From an uncultured Anaerolineaceae bacterium (lineage in GTDB: Bacteria > Chloroflexota > Limnocylindria > Limnocylindrales > CSP1-4), in the NCBI GenBank assembly GCA_964513505.1, contig CAZENL010000002.1:4261-68260 (forward strand): a stretch of DNA of 64,000 bases, given 5' to 3'. Positions 56,569-64,000 of the stretch are shown here, piece after piece; the stretch's first letter is position 1, and each line of letters opens with the position of its first letter. The notes under the pieces are model-generated. The model was not told the DNA's origin. It ran no database searches and saw nothing but the letters and a program-made list of their open reading frames with translations. A program made the translations under genes and the position numbers.

Positions 56569-57848
56569 GTGGTGAACAGCGGCGCCCGAAATCCGTTGCG
56601 TTGCTGCTGAACAATCCGTTCCTGACGGACTCGCGGGCCTGGAAGATGGCGCGCACGCTGTCCGACGCGGGCTATGACGTGACCGTCGTGGCGCGAGCCC
56701 AGGAAGGGCTTCCGGCCACGGCGCAGGACCAGGGCTTCCGCGTCGTCCGCGTGGCCCAACCGGATCCGATGAAATGGCTGCCCAAGCCCAGGCTGCCGGA
56801 CGGCGAACATCTGCCGGATGCGCGACCGCTCAGCCGCGCCGCACGGATGCGCCGGCTGATCGCTGCCTCTGCGGGCCGCGGCGCCCAGGCGGCACGCTAC
56901 CTGCGCCTCACGCGCATCTGGGCGCGCGACATTGCCCGAGCGGTCGGGTTCGTGGACGTGTGGCAGGCAGAAGGACTGGTGGCCCTCCCGGTCGCGATCG
57001 AGCTGCGGCGGCGTGCCGGTGGGCTGGCGGTCTACGACTCGCGCGACCTGGACGTACAGAGCGCCCGGTTCGCTCGCCTGCCGGGTCCGTGGCGCGGCTT
57101 GCTGGAGCGGCGCGAGCGCAGCTGGGCGCGGTCCGTCGACGCGCTGATCTCCGTCAGCCGCCCGTACGCGGACGTGCTGGAGAAGAGCTTCGAGCGGACG
57201 GCCACCATCGTGATGAACGGGCCCCCGGACTACACGCCGCCCGATCCGCCGGTCCGCCTCTGGCACCAGAAGCTGGGACTGGATCCGGGCACGCGGGTCG
57301 TGCTCTACCTGGGCCTGTTCATGGCCGGCCGCGGCATCGATGAGTTGATGGCTGCCATCGGGCTGGTGCCGGAGAGCGCGCTCGTCATGGCGGGCTTCGG
57401 CACGGAGGAGCGGCGCTATCGAGAGGCTGCCACGAAGCTTCCCCACGCGGAAAGGATCTACTTCGTCGGCGGCGTGGCACCGCAGGACATCCTGCCGAGC
57501 ATCGCTGCCGCGGACATCTCGGCCATGCCGGTCCAGGGCGACACGCTCAACCACCGGCTGAACACGCCGACCAAGCTGTTCGACGCGATGGGCGCCGGCG
57601 TGCCGGTGGTGGCCAGCGACCTGCCGGGAATGGCTCCGATCGTGCGGGAGACCGGTTGCGGCGAACTCTGCGACCCGAACGATTCGGCCGACATCGCGCG
57701 GGCCATCCTGTTGATCCTGGACGCCACGCCGGAACGCCGCGCGGCCTATCGCCAGGCGTGCCTGGCAGCCGCGCACGGCCCCTATTCCTGGGAGCGCCAG
57801 GCAGTTGCGCTGCTCGGCCTCTACGAGGGCCTTCGCCTCTCCGCCTGA
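56565..57848 (+). CDS. GT4-family glycosyltransferase (paralogue 2)
   Basis: GTGA start/stop overlap with paralogue 1. Same architecture, with about 35-40% identity to it by eye (KLFDAMGAGVPVVASDLPGM). Confidence 0.8.
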   Translation: MSGEQRRPKSVALLLNNPFLTDSRAWKMARTLSDAGYDVTVVARAQEGLPATAQDQGFRVVRVAQPDPMKWLPKPRLPDGEHLPDARPLSRAARMRRLIAASAGRGAQAARYLRLTRIWARDIARAVGFVDVWQAEGLVALPVAIELRRRAGGLAVYDSRDLDVQSARFARLPGPWRGLLERRERSWARSVDALISVSRPYADVLEKSFERTATIVMNGPPDYTPPDPPVRLWHQKLGLDPGTRVVLYLGLFMAGRGIDELMAAIGLVPESALVMAGFGTEERRYREAATKLPHAERIYFVGGVAPQDILPSIAAADISAMPVQGDTLNHRLNTPTKLFDAMGAGVPVVASDLPGMAPIVRETGCGELCDPNDSADIARAILLILDATPERRAAYRQACLAAAHGPYSWERQAVALLGLYEGLRLSA

Positions 57849-57851
57849 CCC

Positions 57852-58859
57852 TCAGCGGCGGAGGATCTCCTCGGTCACGGCGTCCGCGATCGCCTCGAAC
57901 TTCGGCGGCTGCGGCGTGTGCTTCTCCAGCACCAGTTGCTCCGGGCGCTCCAGGATGCGCATCTGGCCGCGCTCAACGAGGGCCTTGTCGACCGCACCCA
58001 TCTCGCCGGCGAACGTGGTCCAGGTCGGTGTTCCGAGAAGCGCGGCTTCCCGGTTCATGGTGCCGCCGGCCGAGACCACCAGGTCCGCGAGATAGACCAG
58101 CGATGGACCATCGACCGGCTTCTCCGGCACCGTGACCCCTTTGGCCCCCGCGAACTCCTTGCCCTGGTCAACGGTCCGCGGCAGCAGCACGATCTGCGCC
58201 CCCGATGCACCGAGGTGCGTCAGGACGTCGCCGAAGAGCTCGTTGGCGATGCCGCGGTGGTAGAGGCTCATGGTGGCCGGAGGTCGCAGAACGGCCACCG
58301 GCCGTGTCTCGTCCAGGCCGAGTGACCTCAGCACGCCCAGATCAGGCTCAAAGTCCGCCAGCGAGACCTGCTCCTTGATCCCCGCGTAGGGCCGGTAGCG
58401 GCGCCGGTCCAGGCCGAAACGCTCGAGCGCCGCGAACGGGATGACGTCCGGCACCATCACCTTGCTGGCCAGGCGGAAGTTAACGCGGTGCATGGTGGCG
58501 GCGCCCTCGTAATCGTGGAGCACCGTGCTGTGCAGACGACGGAACCTTGCCGCCACCGCAAGGTCGTTGGAGCCGTGGCTGACGGCCTGGCGCAGCTTGC
58601 GGCCCTGCGAGAAGCGGACCAAGGCGCCCGAGCGCCTGGCAAGGCCCACCATCTTCCCGCCGAGGCCCGCGCCGCCGTGCCGACCGATGACGGCGTGCGG
58701 GATCCCGTACAGCTCCAGCAGCCCGAGCGTCTGCGCGAAGTCGCGCGCGGTGACCACGGATTCGACGCCCGCGTCGTCGAGGCGGCGCAGGATCGGGCGG
58801 AAGAAGAGCACGTGCGGGGAGTTGGTCAGGTCGATCCACACGGCGCCGGAAGAGGCCAT
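57852..58859 (-). CDS. DUF354-family protein (GT-B-like, glycosyltransferase/epimerase-related)
   Basis: The N-terminus (VWIDLTNSPHVLFFRPILRRLDDAGVESVVTARDFAQ) matches the DUF354 family as I recall it. Start chosen at the internal ATG (MASSGAVWIDL); the upstream 103 codons are Arg/Pro-rich read-through. Confidence 0.65.
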   Translation of the reverse strand: MASSGAVWIDLTNSPHVLFFRPILRRLDDAGVESVVTARDFAQTLGLLELYGIPHAVIGRHGGAGLGGKMVGLARRSGALVRFSQGRKLRQAVSHGSNDLAVAARFRRLHSTVLHDYEGAATMHRVNFRLASKVMVPDVIPFAALERFGLDRRRYRPYAGIKEQVSLADFEPDLGVLRSLGLDETRPVAVLRPPATMSLYHRGIANELFGDVLTHLGASGAQIVLLPRTVDQGKEFAGAKGVTVPEKPVDGPSLVYLADLVVSAGGTMNREAALLGTPTWTTFAGEMGAVDKALVERGQMRILERPEQLVLEKHTPQPPKFEAIADAVTEEILRR

Positions 58860-58909
58860 ATCGCCACTATGCCGGAAGATGGGGCCTGCACGTTTCCGAG
58901 GAGTCACCA

Positions 58910-60676
58910 TTGCGCTTCCGCCGCCTGCTCCGTGAGGCCCATCGACCGACGCTTCGTGGCACCGCGCGCCACATTGCCCGGCGCATGGGTCCACGGCCGC
59001 GGAGCCTGGCCGCACGCGGGTTGATGCGCCTTCCGGCGGGCAGTCACGGCGGTCGACAGGCCGCCTGGCTGGCCGGGATCCGGGTCGCGGCACTCGCCAC
59101 GCTGGGCCACGAAGCGGACGCGCACCAGTTCGCGATCGAGCGTGGCGCCAATCCGGGTGCGCGGCCACGCCTGGCCATGGCCACCTGGCTGGCCGACCAC
59201 GGCGAGCCCCGAGACGCGCTCAACATCGTGGCCGAGCCGTTGCCGTCCGGGGAGCGCCAGCCGCTCCGCCGCAACTGGCAGTTGCTGCACGCTCGCACGG
59301 CGCGGACACTTGGCCGCTACGCGGAGGCACGCGCCGCACTGGACCAGGTCATCGACGAGGGTCCGGAGGACGCCGAGGCGATCGCCGAACAGCGCCGCCT
59401 GGACCAGATCGTCGAGCGGTATGCGGTGGTGCCGGCGATCACGCGGACCATGCCTCCGGGCATGAAGCGCAAGCCGGGACGCGTGCTCCACCTGGTGGAG
59501 GCGTCGCTGGGCGACAACCAGTCCGGCTACACCATCCGGACACACCAGGTTGCCACGGCGCAGCGCCTCGCGGGCCTGGAGCCGACCGTCCTGGTGGTCG
59601 GTTCCAAGCCGCCGGATGGCGTCCTCAGTCGCCGCATCGATGACGTCGACTATCGCTGGCTTCGGGGCGCCGTCGGCATGCGCCGATTCAGTCGGACGTC
59701 GTGGACGGAGCTCGCCAACCTGGTCGCCGACGTGGTGATCGAGCTCGAGCCGGCGGTGGTCCACGCAGCCACGCCGCCAACGGTCGGCAATCTCGGGCGG
59801 GCGGTGGCGCGCTGGTCGGGCCTGCCGCTGGTCTACGAGGTGCGCGGCTTCCGGGACGAGTTCTGGCGCATCAGCCACGACGAGGACGAGAACGTCGACC
59901 ACGCCAGGTTGTCGCGGCGTGCCGACTCGGAGTCCATGCGCGAGGCGGCGGCCGTGGTCACGCTCGGGCAGCAGATGAAGGCAGAGGTGGTGAGCCGCGG
60001 AGCAGCCGCCGCCAACGTGTCCATCGTGCCGAATGCCGTGGACACGGCGCTCTTCCGGCCCGGTCCGCGGAACCAGGCGCTGGCCGAGCAGTACGGCATC
60101 GGCCGTGACGAGGTGGTGGTCGGCTACATCTCCTCGTTCCAGCCGTACGAGGACTTCGCCACGCTCGTCGACGCCATCGCCATCCTTCGGGCGCGCGGAC
60201 GCCGCGTCCGGGGCCTGCTGGTCGGCGACGGCTCCACGCGGCCGGACATCCTGCGGCAGGTCGCGGAGCTGGATCTGGAGGGCGTGGTGGCCATGCCCGG
60301 CCGCATCCCGCACGCGGACGTGCCGCGCCACCATCGCCTGATCGATGTGTTCGTGGTCCCGCGCGTGGCCAGCCGGCTCTCGCAGCTGGTCACGCCGCTC
60401 AAGCCGCTCGAGGCGATGGCCAGCGGACGGGCCCTGGTCGTGAGCCGTCTCGACGCGCTCACCGAAACGATTACGGACGGCCAGACGGGCATGACCTTCG
60501 ACCCGGGCAGCGCCACGGACCTCGCGAGCGTTCTGGAGCGGCTGGTGCTGGACCCGGGAGAACGCCATCGGCTGGGTGACGCGGCGCGCAGTTGGGTGGA
60601 GCGGGAGCGGACGCTGGCCCGCAACGGGCAGCGCTACCGAGAGATCTACGCGCGCCTGGGAGTGCCCCTCGGCTGA
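58910..60676 (+). CDS. GT4-family glycosyltransferase with a ~180-aa N-terminal TPR-like helical extension
   Basis: The N-terminal helical repeats are followed by a GT-B core (VLHLVEASLGDNQSGYTIRTHQVATAQ...PLEAMASGRALVVSRL). Confidence 0.8.
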   Translation: MRFRRLLREAHRPTLRGTARHIARRMGPRPRSLAARGLMRLPAGSHGGRQAAWLAGIRVAALATLGHEADAHQFAIERGANPGARPRLAMATWLADHGEPRDALNIVAEPLPSGERQPLRRNWQLLHARTARTLGRYAEARAALDQVIDEGPEDAEAIAEQRRLDQIVERYAVVPAITRTMPPGMKRKPGRVLHLVEASLGDNQSGYTIRTHQVATAQRLAGLEPTVLVVGSKPPDGVLSRRIDDVDYRWLRGAVGMRRFSRTSWTELANLVADVVIELEPAVVHAATPPTVGNLGRAVARWSGLPLVYEVRGFRDEFWRISHDEDENVDHARLSRRADSESMREAAAVVTLGQQMKAEVVSRGAAAANVSIVPNAVDTALFRPGPRNQALAEQYGIGRDEVVVGYISSFQPYEDFATLVDAIAILRARGRRVRGLLVGDGSTRPDILRQVAELDLEGVVAMPGRIPHADVPRHHRLIDVFVVPRVASRLSQLVTPLKPLEAMASGRALVVSRLDALTETITDGQTGMTFDPGSATDLASVLERLVLDPGERHRLGDAARSWVERERTLARNGQRYREIYARLGVPLG

Positions 60677-60680
60677 GCGG

Positions 60681-61964
60681 CTAAAGCACGTCCACGTTGG
60701 CCGGCACGGGGCCGGCGGGGTCGCCGTTGAGGCTCTTTCGGACGGCGTTGCGCAGGTCCATGATCCGTCGCGCGTGGTCCACCACTGGCGCGTAGTTCAC
60801 CGCGCGATGGTCCGTGGCGATGACCACGCAATCCGCCGCCTTGATGCGCTCCACGGTGAGCGGCACGGACTTCAGGCCTTCCTTGCGCAGTTCCGGCACG
60901 TGCGGATCGTGGTACTCCACGTCCGCGCCCTCGGCGCGCAGCAGTTCCAGCAGCTTGAGCGCCGGGCTCTCGCGCATGTCGCTGACGTTGGGCTTGTAGG
61001 CCACGCCGAGCAGCAGGATCTTGGCACCGTTGGCTGCGCGGCCGTCATGGTTGAGGGCACGAACCACCCGCTGGACCGCGTAGTACGGCATGTTTGAGTT
61101 GACCCGCCCGGCCAGCTCCACGAACTCCGTGGTCAGGTCGTACGCCTTGGCGCGCCAGGTCAGGTAGAACGGGTCGATGGGGATGCAGTGGCCGCCGAGC
61201 CCCGGTCCGGGCCAGAACGGCATGAAGCCGAACGGCTTGGTGGAGGCGGCGCCGATCGACTCCCACAGGTCGATGCCCATGCGGTCGCAGAGCATGGCCA
61301 TCTCGTTGACCAGGGCAATGTTCACCGCGCGGAAGGTGTTCTCCAGGATCTTGGCCATCTCCGCGCTCTCCGGGGTGGAGACCACGTGGACCGTTTCGCA
61401 GATGCGCCCGTAGAGCTCCGCGGTACGCCGCGTGCACTCGGCCGTCAGGCCGCCGACCACCTTGGGCGTGTTGCGGACGCCGAAGTGCCCGTTGCCGGGA
61501 TCGACGCGTTCCGGGCTGAAGGCCAGGAAGATATCGTCGCCGACGACGCGGCCGTCCCGCTCCAGGATGGGCTTGACGACTTCACGCGTGGTGCCTGGGT
61601 AGGTCGTGGATTCCAGGACCACCAGGGCGTCGCGCCCGAGGTTCGCGGCAGCCATCTCGGCGCCGGCGATCACGTAGCTGAGATCCGGATTGCGGTGCTC
61701 ATCGAGCGGCGTTGGCAGGCAGATGAGGATCGCGTCGCACTCGCGCAGGCCCGACGGATCGGTCGAGGCGCGCAGGTGGCCGCTGGCCAGCAGCTTCACC
61801 AGCAACCCGGAATCGACATCTTCGATGTACGAGGTCCCTGCGTTGACCGCGTCCACCTTGGTGGCTGAAACGTCCACTCCGAGCACGTCCACCCCGACCT
61901 CGGCGAAGGCTGTCGCAAGGGGAAGGCCGACGTACCCGAGTCCGATGATGCCGACTCGTGTCAC
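60681..61964 (-). CDS. wecC: UDP-N-acetyl-D-mannosamine (or UDP-GlcNAc) 6-dehydrogenase, WecC/UgdH family
   Basis: NAD-binding motif (RVGIIGLGYVGLPLA), catalytic Cys (GGHCIPIDPFYL) and the UDP-binding C-domain. GTG start chosen next to the Rossmann motif; the upstream 41 codons were discarded. Confidence 0.9.
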   Translation of the reverse strand: MTRVGIIGLGYVGLPLATAFAEVGVDVLGVDVSATKVDAVNAGTSYIEDVDSGLLVKLLASGHLRASTDPSGLRECDAILICLPTPLDEHRNPDLSYVIAGAEMAAANLGRDALVVLESTTYPGTTREVVKPILERDGRVVGDDIFLAFSPERVDPGNGHFGVRNTPKVVGGLTAECTRRTAELYGRICETVHVVSTPESAEMAKILENTFRAVNIALVNEMAMLCDRMGIDLWESIGAASTKPFGFMPFWPGPGLGGHCIPIDPFYLTWRAKAYDLTTEFVELAGRVNSNMPYYAVQRVVRALNHDGRAANGAKILLLGVAYKPNVSDMRESPALKLLELLRAEGADVEYHDPHVPELRKEGLKSVPLTVERIKAADCVVIATDHRAVNYAPVVDHARRIMDLRNAVRKSLNGDPAGPVPANVDVL

Positions 61965-62085
61965 AGCCACCGACGATAGCACTGATGGCCCGCTTGGCCC
62001 TGGCGGCGGCGCGCGCTGGCGGGTTTGGCTGGCATACTCGGGGCTCCCCTCAAGGAGCCCTGCCTCAACAGATGCTGTGCCGCCC

Positions 62086-63840
62086 ATGCTGCGCGATCTG
62101 ACCCTGGCCCGGACGCTGTTCCGCGGCGCGTCCGCTGCGCGGGGACCGCTGCGACCGGCCGTCTCATGGCTCCTGCTGGCCGCGCCGCCGCGGCGCTCGG
62201 GGCGCGCGCTTCACGGAAGTCTCGCAATCGCCCGAATCGTGGGGCTGTGGTCCGCCGGCAAGCAGGAGCAGGCGCGCAGGCTGGCAATCCAGACGGGCGA
62301 CACGGCGACCAATGACGGTCTGCGGCTGGCGGTCGCGGACCTGCTGCTGCGCATAGACGCGCCGAAACCGGCGCTGGAGCTGGCACGCGGCATCGATGTG
62401 GACGCAGGTGGTCGTGAACGGGCGCGGGCGACCCTGTATCTGCGGGCGCAGGCGGCCACGGCGACGGGCCGATATGCCGCCGCTCACGCCGCGCTCGGTG
62501 CCGTGCGCCATGGCTGGCCGACCGATCGAGGGGCCGACGGACTGTATGCACGCCTGGATGCCCTGGAGAACCGATTCGCGCCGCAGCGAGCGATCGTCCG
62601 ACCAAGGCCGGCGGGGAGCTCGGCTTCCGTGCCCGGCCGCTCCCTGCTGCTGGTCCAGGAATCCCTGGAAGACGTCCAGTCCGGCTACACGGTGCGCACC
62701 CGGGACATCGTGGCTGCGCAACGAACCGCAGGCCTGGACCCGCACGTGCTGGTGAGCAAGCCTGTGGGACGCCGGCCGGACGAGGAGCGCCAGAAGACGC
62801 TGGACGGGACGCCGTTCACCTGGCTGCCGGAACGACCCGACGACGCGAACAGTGCCGCCGATGCGCATGCCGAACTGGCGGCGGAACTGGCCGAGCGTCT
62901 GCGGCCGGCGGTCATCCATCCGGCCACCCCGTTCCGTCTCGGCCGCCTGGGGCTTCAGCTGGCGCGCTGGCTGGACGTGCCGGCGGTCTACGAGGTGCGC
63001 GGGTTCCGCGAGGAAACCTGGCTGGCGACGGAGGACGAGACCGACGATGCCGACCACTACCTTCTGACGCGCCGGGCGGACACGGAGGTGATGCGCGCCG
63101 CGGACGCCGTGGTGACGCTGGGGGAGGGCATGAAGGCGGATCTGGTGGCCCGCGGCGTGGACGCGGCGCGCATCGCGGTGATTCCCAATGCCGTGGACAC
63201 GCAGCGTTTCCAGCCTGGGCCGCGCCACCGTGAGCTGGCCGCGCGGTTCGCCATCGACGAGGACCAGGTGGTGATCGGGTACATCTCGTCGTTCGAGGCG
63301 TACGAGGACTTCGGCACGCTGGTCGACGCGATCGGGCGACTGCGCGACCGCGGGCGCCGGGTTCGCGGCCTGTTGATCGGCGATGGCCCGACGCGTGCCG
63401 CCGTGGCCCGGCACGTCCATGAGGCCGGCCTTGCGGACGTGGTGGAACTCCCCGGCCGCATCCCCAACGCGGAGATCAGCGGCTACTACCAGCTGATGGA
63501 CATCTTCGTGGTGCCGCGCATCGACTCGCGCGTGTCGGCGCTGGTCACGCCGCTCAAGCCGATGGAGGCCATGGCGTCCGGCAGCGCGATCGTGGTGAGC
63601 CGCCTGCCGGCCCTGATGGAGCCGATCCAGGATGGCATCACGGGACTCAGCTTTGCCGTCGGTGACGCGCACGACCTGGCCGAGGTGCTGGATCCCCTGG
63701 TCACGGACGCCGGCATGCGCCGAAAGCTGGGCGCCGCCGCACGGGAGTGGATCCTCGCCGAGCGAACACTGGAGCGCAATGGCCAGCGCTACCGGCAGCT
63801 ATACGCGCAGGTCGGGGTGGAACTGGCGCCGTCCACCTGA
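62086..63840 (+). CDS. GT4-family glycosyltransferase with an N-terminal TPR-like extension (paralogue of 58910..60676)
   Basis: Co-linear homology with the 58910 gene (SLLLVQESLEDVQSGYTVRTRDIVAAQ...PMEAMASGSAIVVSRL). Start at MLRDLTL; the upstream 132 codons of the ORF-track entry are antisense to wecC. Confidence 0.8.
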   Translation: MLRDLTLARTLFRGASAARGPLRPAVSWLLLAAPPRRSGRALHGSLAIARIVGLWSAGKQEQARRLAIQTGDTATNDGLRLAVADLLLRIDAPKPALELARGIDVDAGGRERARATLYLRAQAATATGRYAAAHAALGAVRHGWPTDRGADGLYARLDALENRFAPQRAIVRPRPAGSSASVPGRSLLLVQESLEDVQSGYTVRTRDIVAAQRTAGLDPHVLVSKPVGRRPDEERQKTLDGTPFTWLPERPDDANSAADAHAELAAELAERLRPAVIHPATPFRLGRLGLQLARWLDVPAVYEVRGFREETWLATEDETDDADHYLLTRRADTEVMRAADAVVTLGEGMKADLVARGVDAARIAVIPNAVDTQRFQPGPRHRELAARFAIDEDQVVIGYISSFEAYEDFGTLVDAIGRLRDRGRRVRGLLIGDGPTRAAVARHVHEAGLADVVELPGRIPNAEISGYYQLMDIFVVPRIDSRVSALVTPLKPMEAMASGSAIVVSRLPALMEPIQDGITGLSFAVGDAHDLAEVLDPLVTDAGMRRKLGAAAREWILAERTLERNGQRYRQLYAQVGVELAPST

Positions 63841-63876
63841 CCCTGTCCCTGCCGATCCGCCCTATCCTCAATCGCG

Positions 63877-64000
63877 ATGCCGACCGTCACCCACGCGCCA
63901 CGATCCGACGCGCTCGTCCACGTCGTCGGCGCCCGGCCCAACTTCGTCAAGGCCGCGCCCGTGCTGCGCGCGCTGGCGGCGGGGGGCGCGACCCAGTGGC
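63877..64000 (+). CDS. wecB: UDP-N-acetylglucosamine 2-epimerase (non-hydrolysing), N-terminal fragment
   Basis: MPTVTHAPRSDALVHVVGARPNFVKAAPVLRAL matches the WecB N-terminal motif (GTRPE/NFIK...AP). It runs off the window edge. Confidence 0.7.
   Translation, partial: MPTVTHAPRSDALVHVVGARPNFVKAAPVLRALAAGGATQW

Noticed and set aside
61690-62085. N-terminal 132 codons of the 716-aa + ORF
   Set aside because: They are antisense to wecC. The paralogue alignment with the 58910 gene starts at MLRDLTL (62086).

Overview
This 64 kb window is a very GC-rich (~70%) stretch of chromosomal, mostly housekeeping DNA, probably from an actinobacterium or a Chloroflexi-like soil bacterium. It is densely coding on both strands. 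The six-frame ORF track is dominated by long spurious antisense or out-of-frame ORFs, which is typical of high-GC DNA, and it converts GTG/TTG starts to M. I chose genes from recognisable protein families, signal peptides, ribosome-binding sites and start/stop coupling, not from ORF length. Start codons carry roughly ±30 codons of uncertainty wherever several in-frame starts exist. Motif coordinates were derived from ORF-track offsets where possible and are otherwise good to about ±3 nt.

Content from 5' to 3':
- A partial galE, a small TPR ORF, the CCA-adding tRNA nucleotidyltransferase and an HNH nuclease.
- A leucine/isovalerate catabolic (liu-like) cluster: HMG-CoA lyase, methylcrotonyl-CoA carboxylase alpha (carrying an unusual N-terminal MerR/excisionase-type HTH), enoyl-CoA hydratase, a MOSC-GNAT fusion, carboxyltransferase beta and a divergent PadR regulator. 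A secreted M14 carboxypeptidase sits between them.
- A translationally coupled TPR-membrane protein plus TPR-AAA ATPase pair.
- A large membrane protein with a long Pro/Thr linker encoded by tandem repeats.
- A stand-alone EAL protein, then pdxS-pdxT, a GNAT and a Ycf45/SpoIIIAA-like R3H ATPase.
- A minus-strand metal-type operon (DUF4331 secreted protein, secreted TPR protein, RcnA-like Ni/Co transporter with a large periplasmic N-domain) lying divergent from tmk, a SigK-like ECF sigma and an RskA-like anti-sigma.
- A GAF-GGDEF cyclase, a threonine dehydratase, a GuaB3-like protein, and an XRE-family regulator bracketed by four copies of a 15-21 bp palindrome.
- PPK2, DmpA aminopeptidase, a rhodanese, a lipoprotein, guaA, two coupled unknowns, a zinc-ribbon membrane protein coupled to a CPBP protease, a secreted DUF642-like protein, RadC, a DUF5996 plus ZnF-UBP pair, and mreB-mreC without mreD.
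- A secreted caspase/gingipain-like protein with FlgD-Ig domains.
- A roughly 12 kb glycan-biosynthesis locus: a Ppm1-like GT2, five GT4 paralogues (two with TPR-like N-extensions), DUF354, a WecC-like dehydrogenase, the start of wecB, and an embedded tail-anchored beta-solenoid-like repeat protein.

No rRNA, tRNA, CRISPR array, transposase or integrase was found.

The most unusual signals are the palindrome-bracketed XRE module, the HTH fused to the carboxylase, the SigK/RskA-linked DUF4331-TPR-RcnA operon, the zinc-ribbon/CPBP pair and the repeat protein inside the GT locus.
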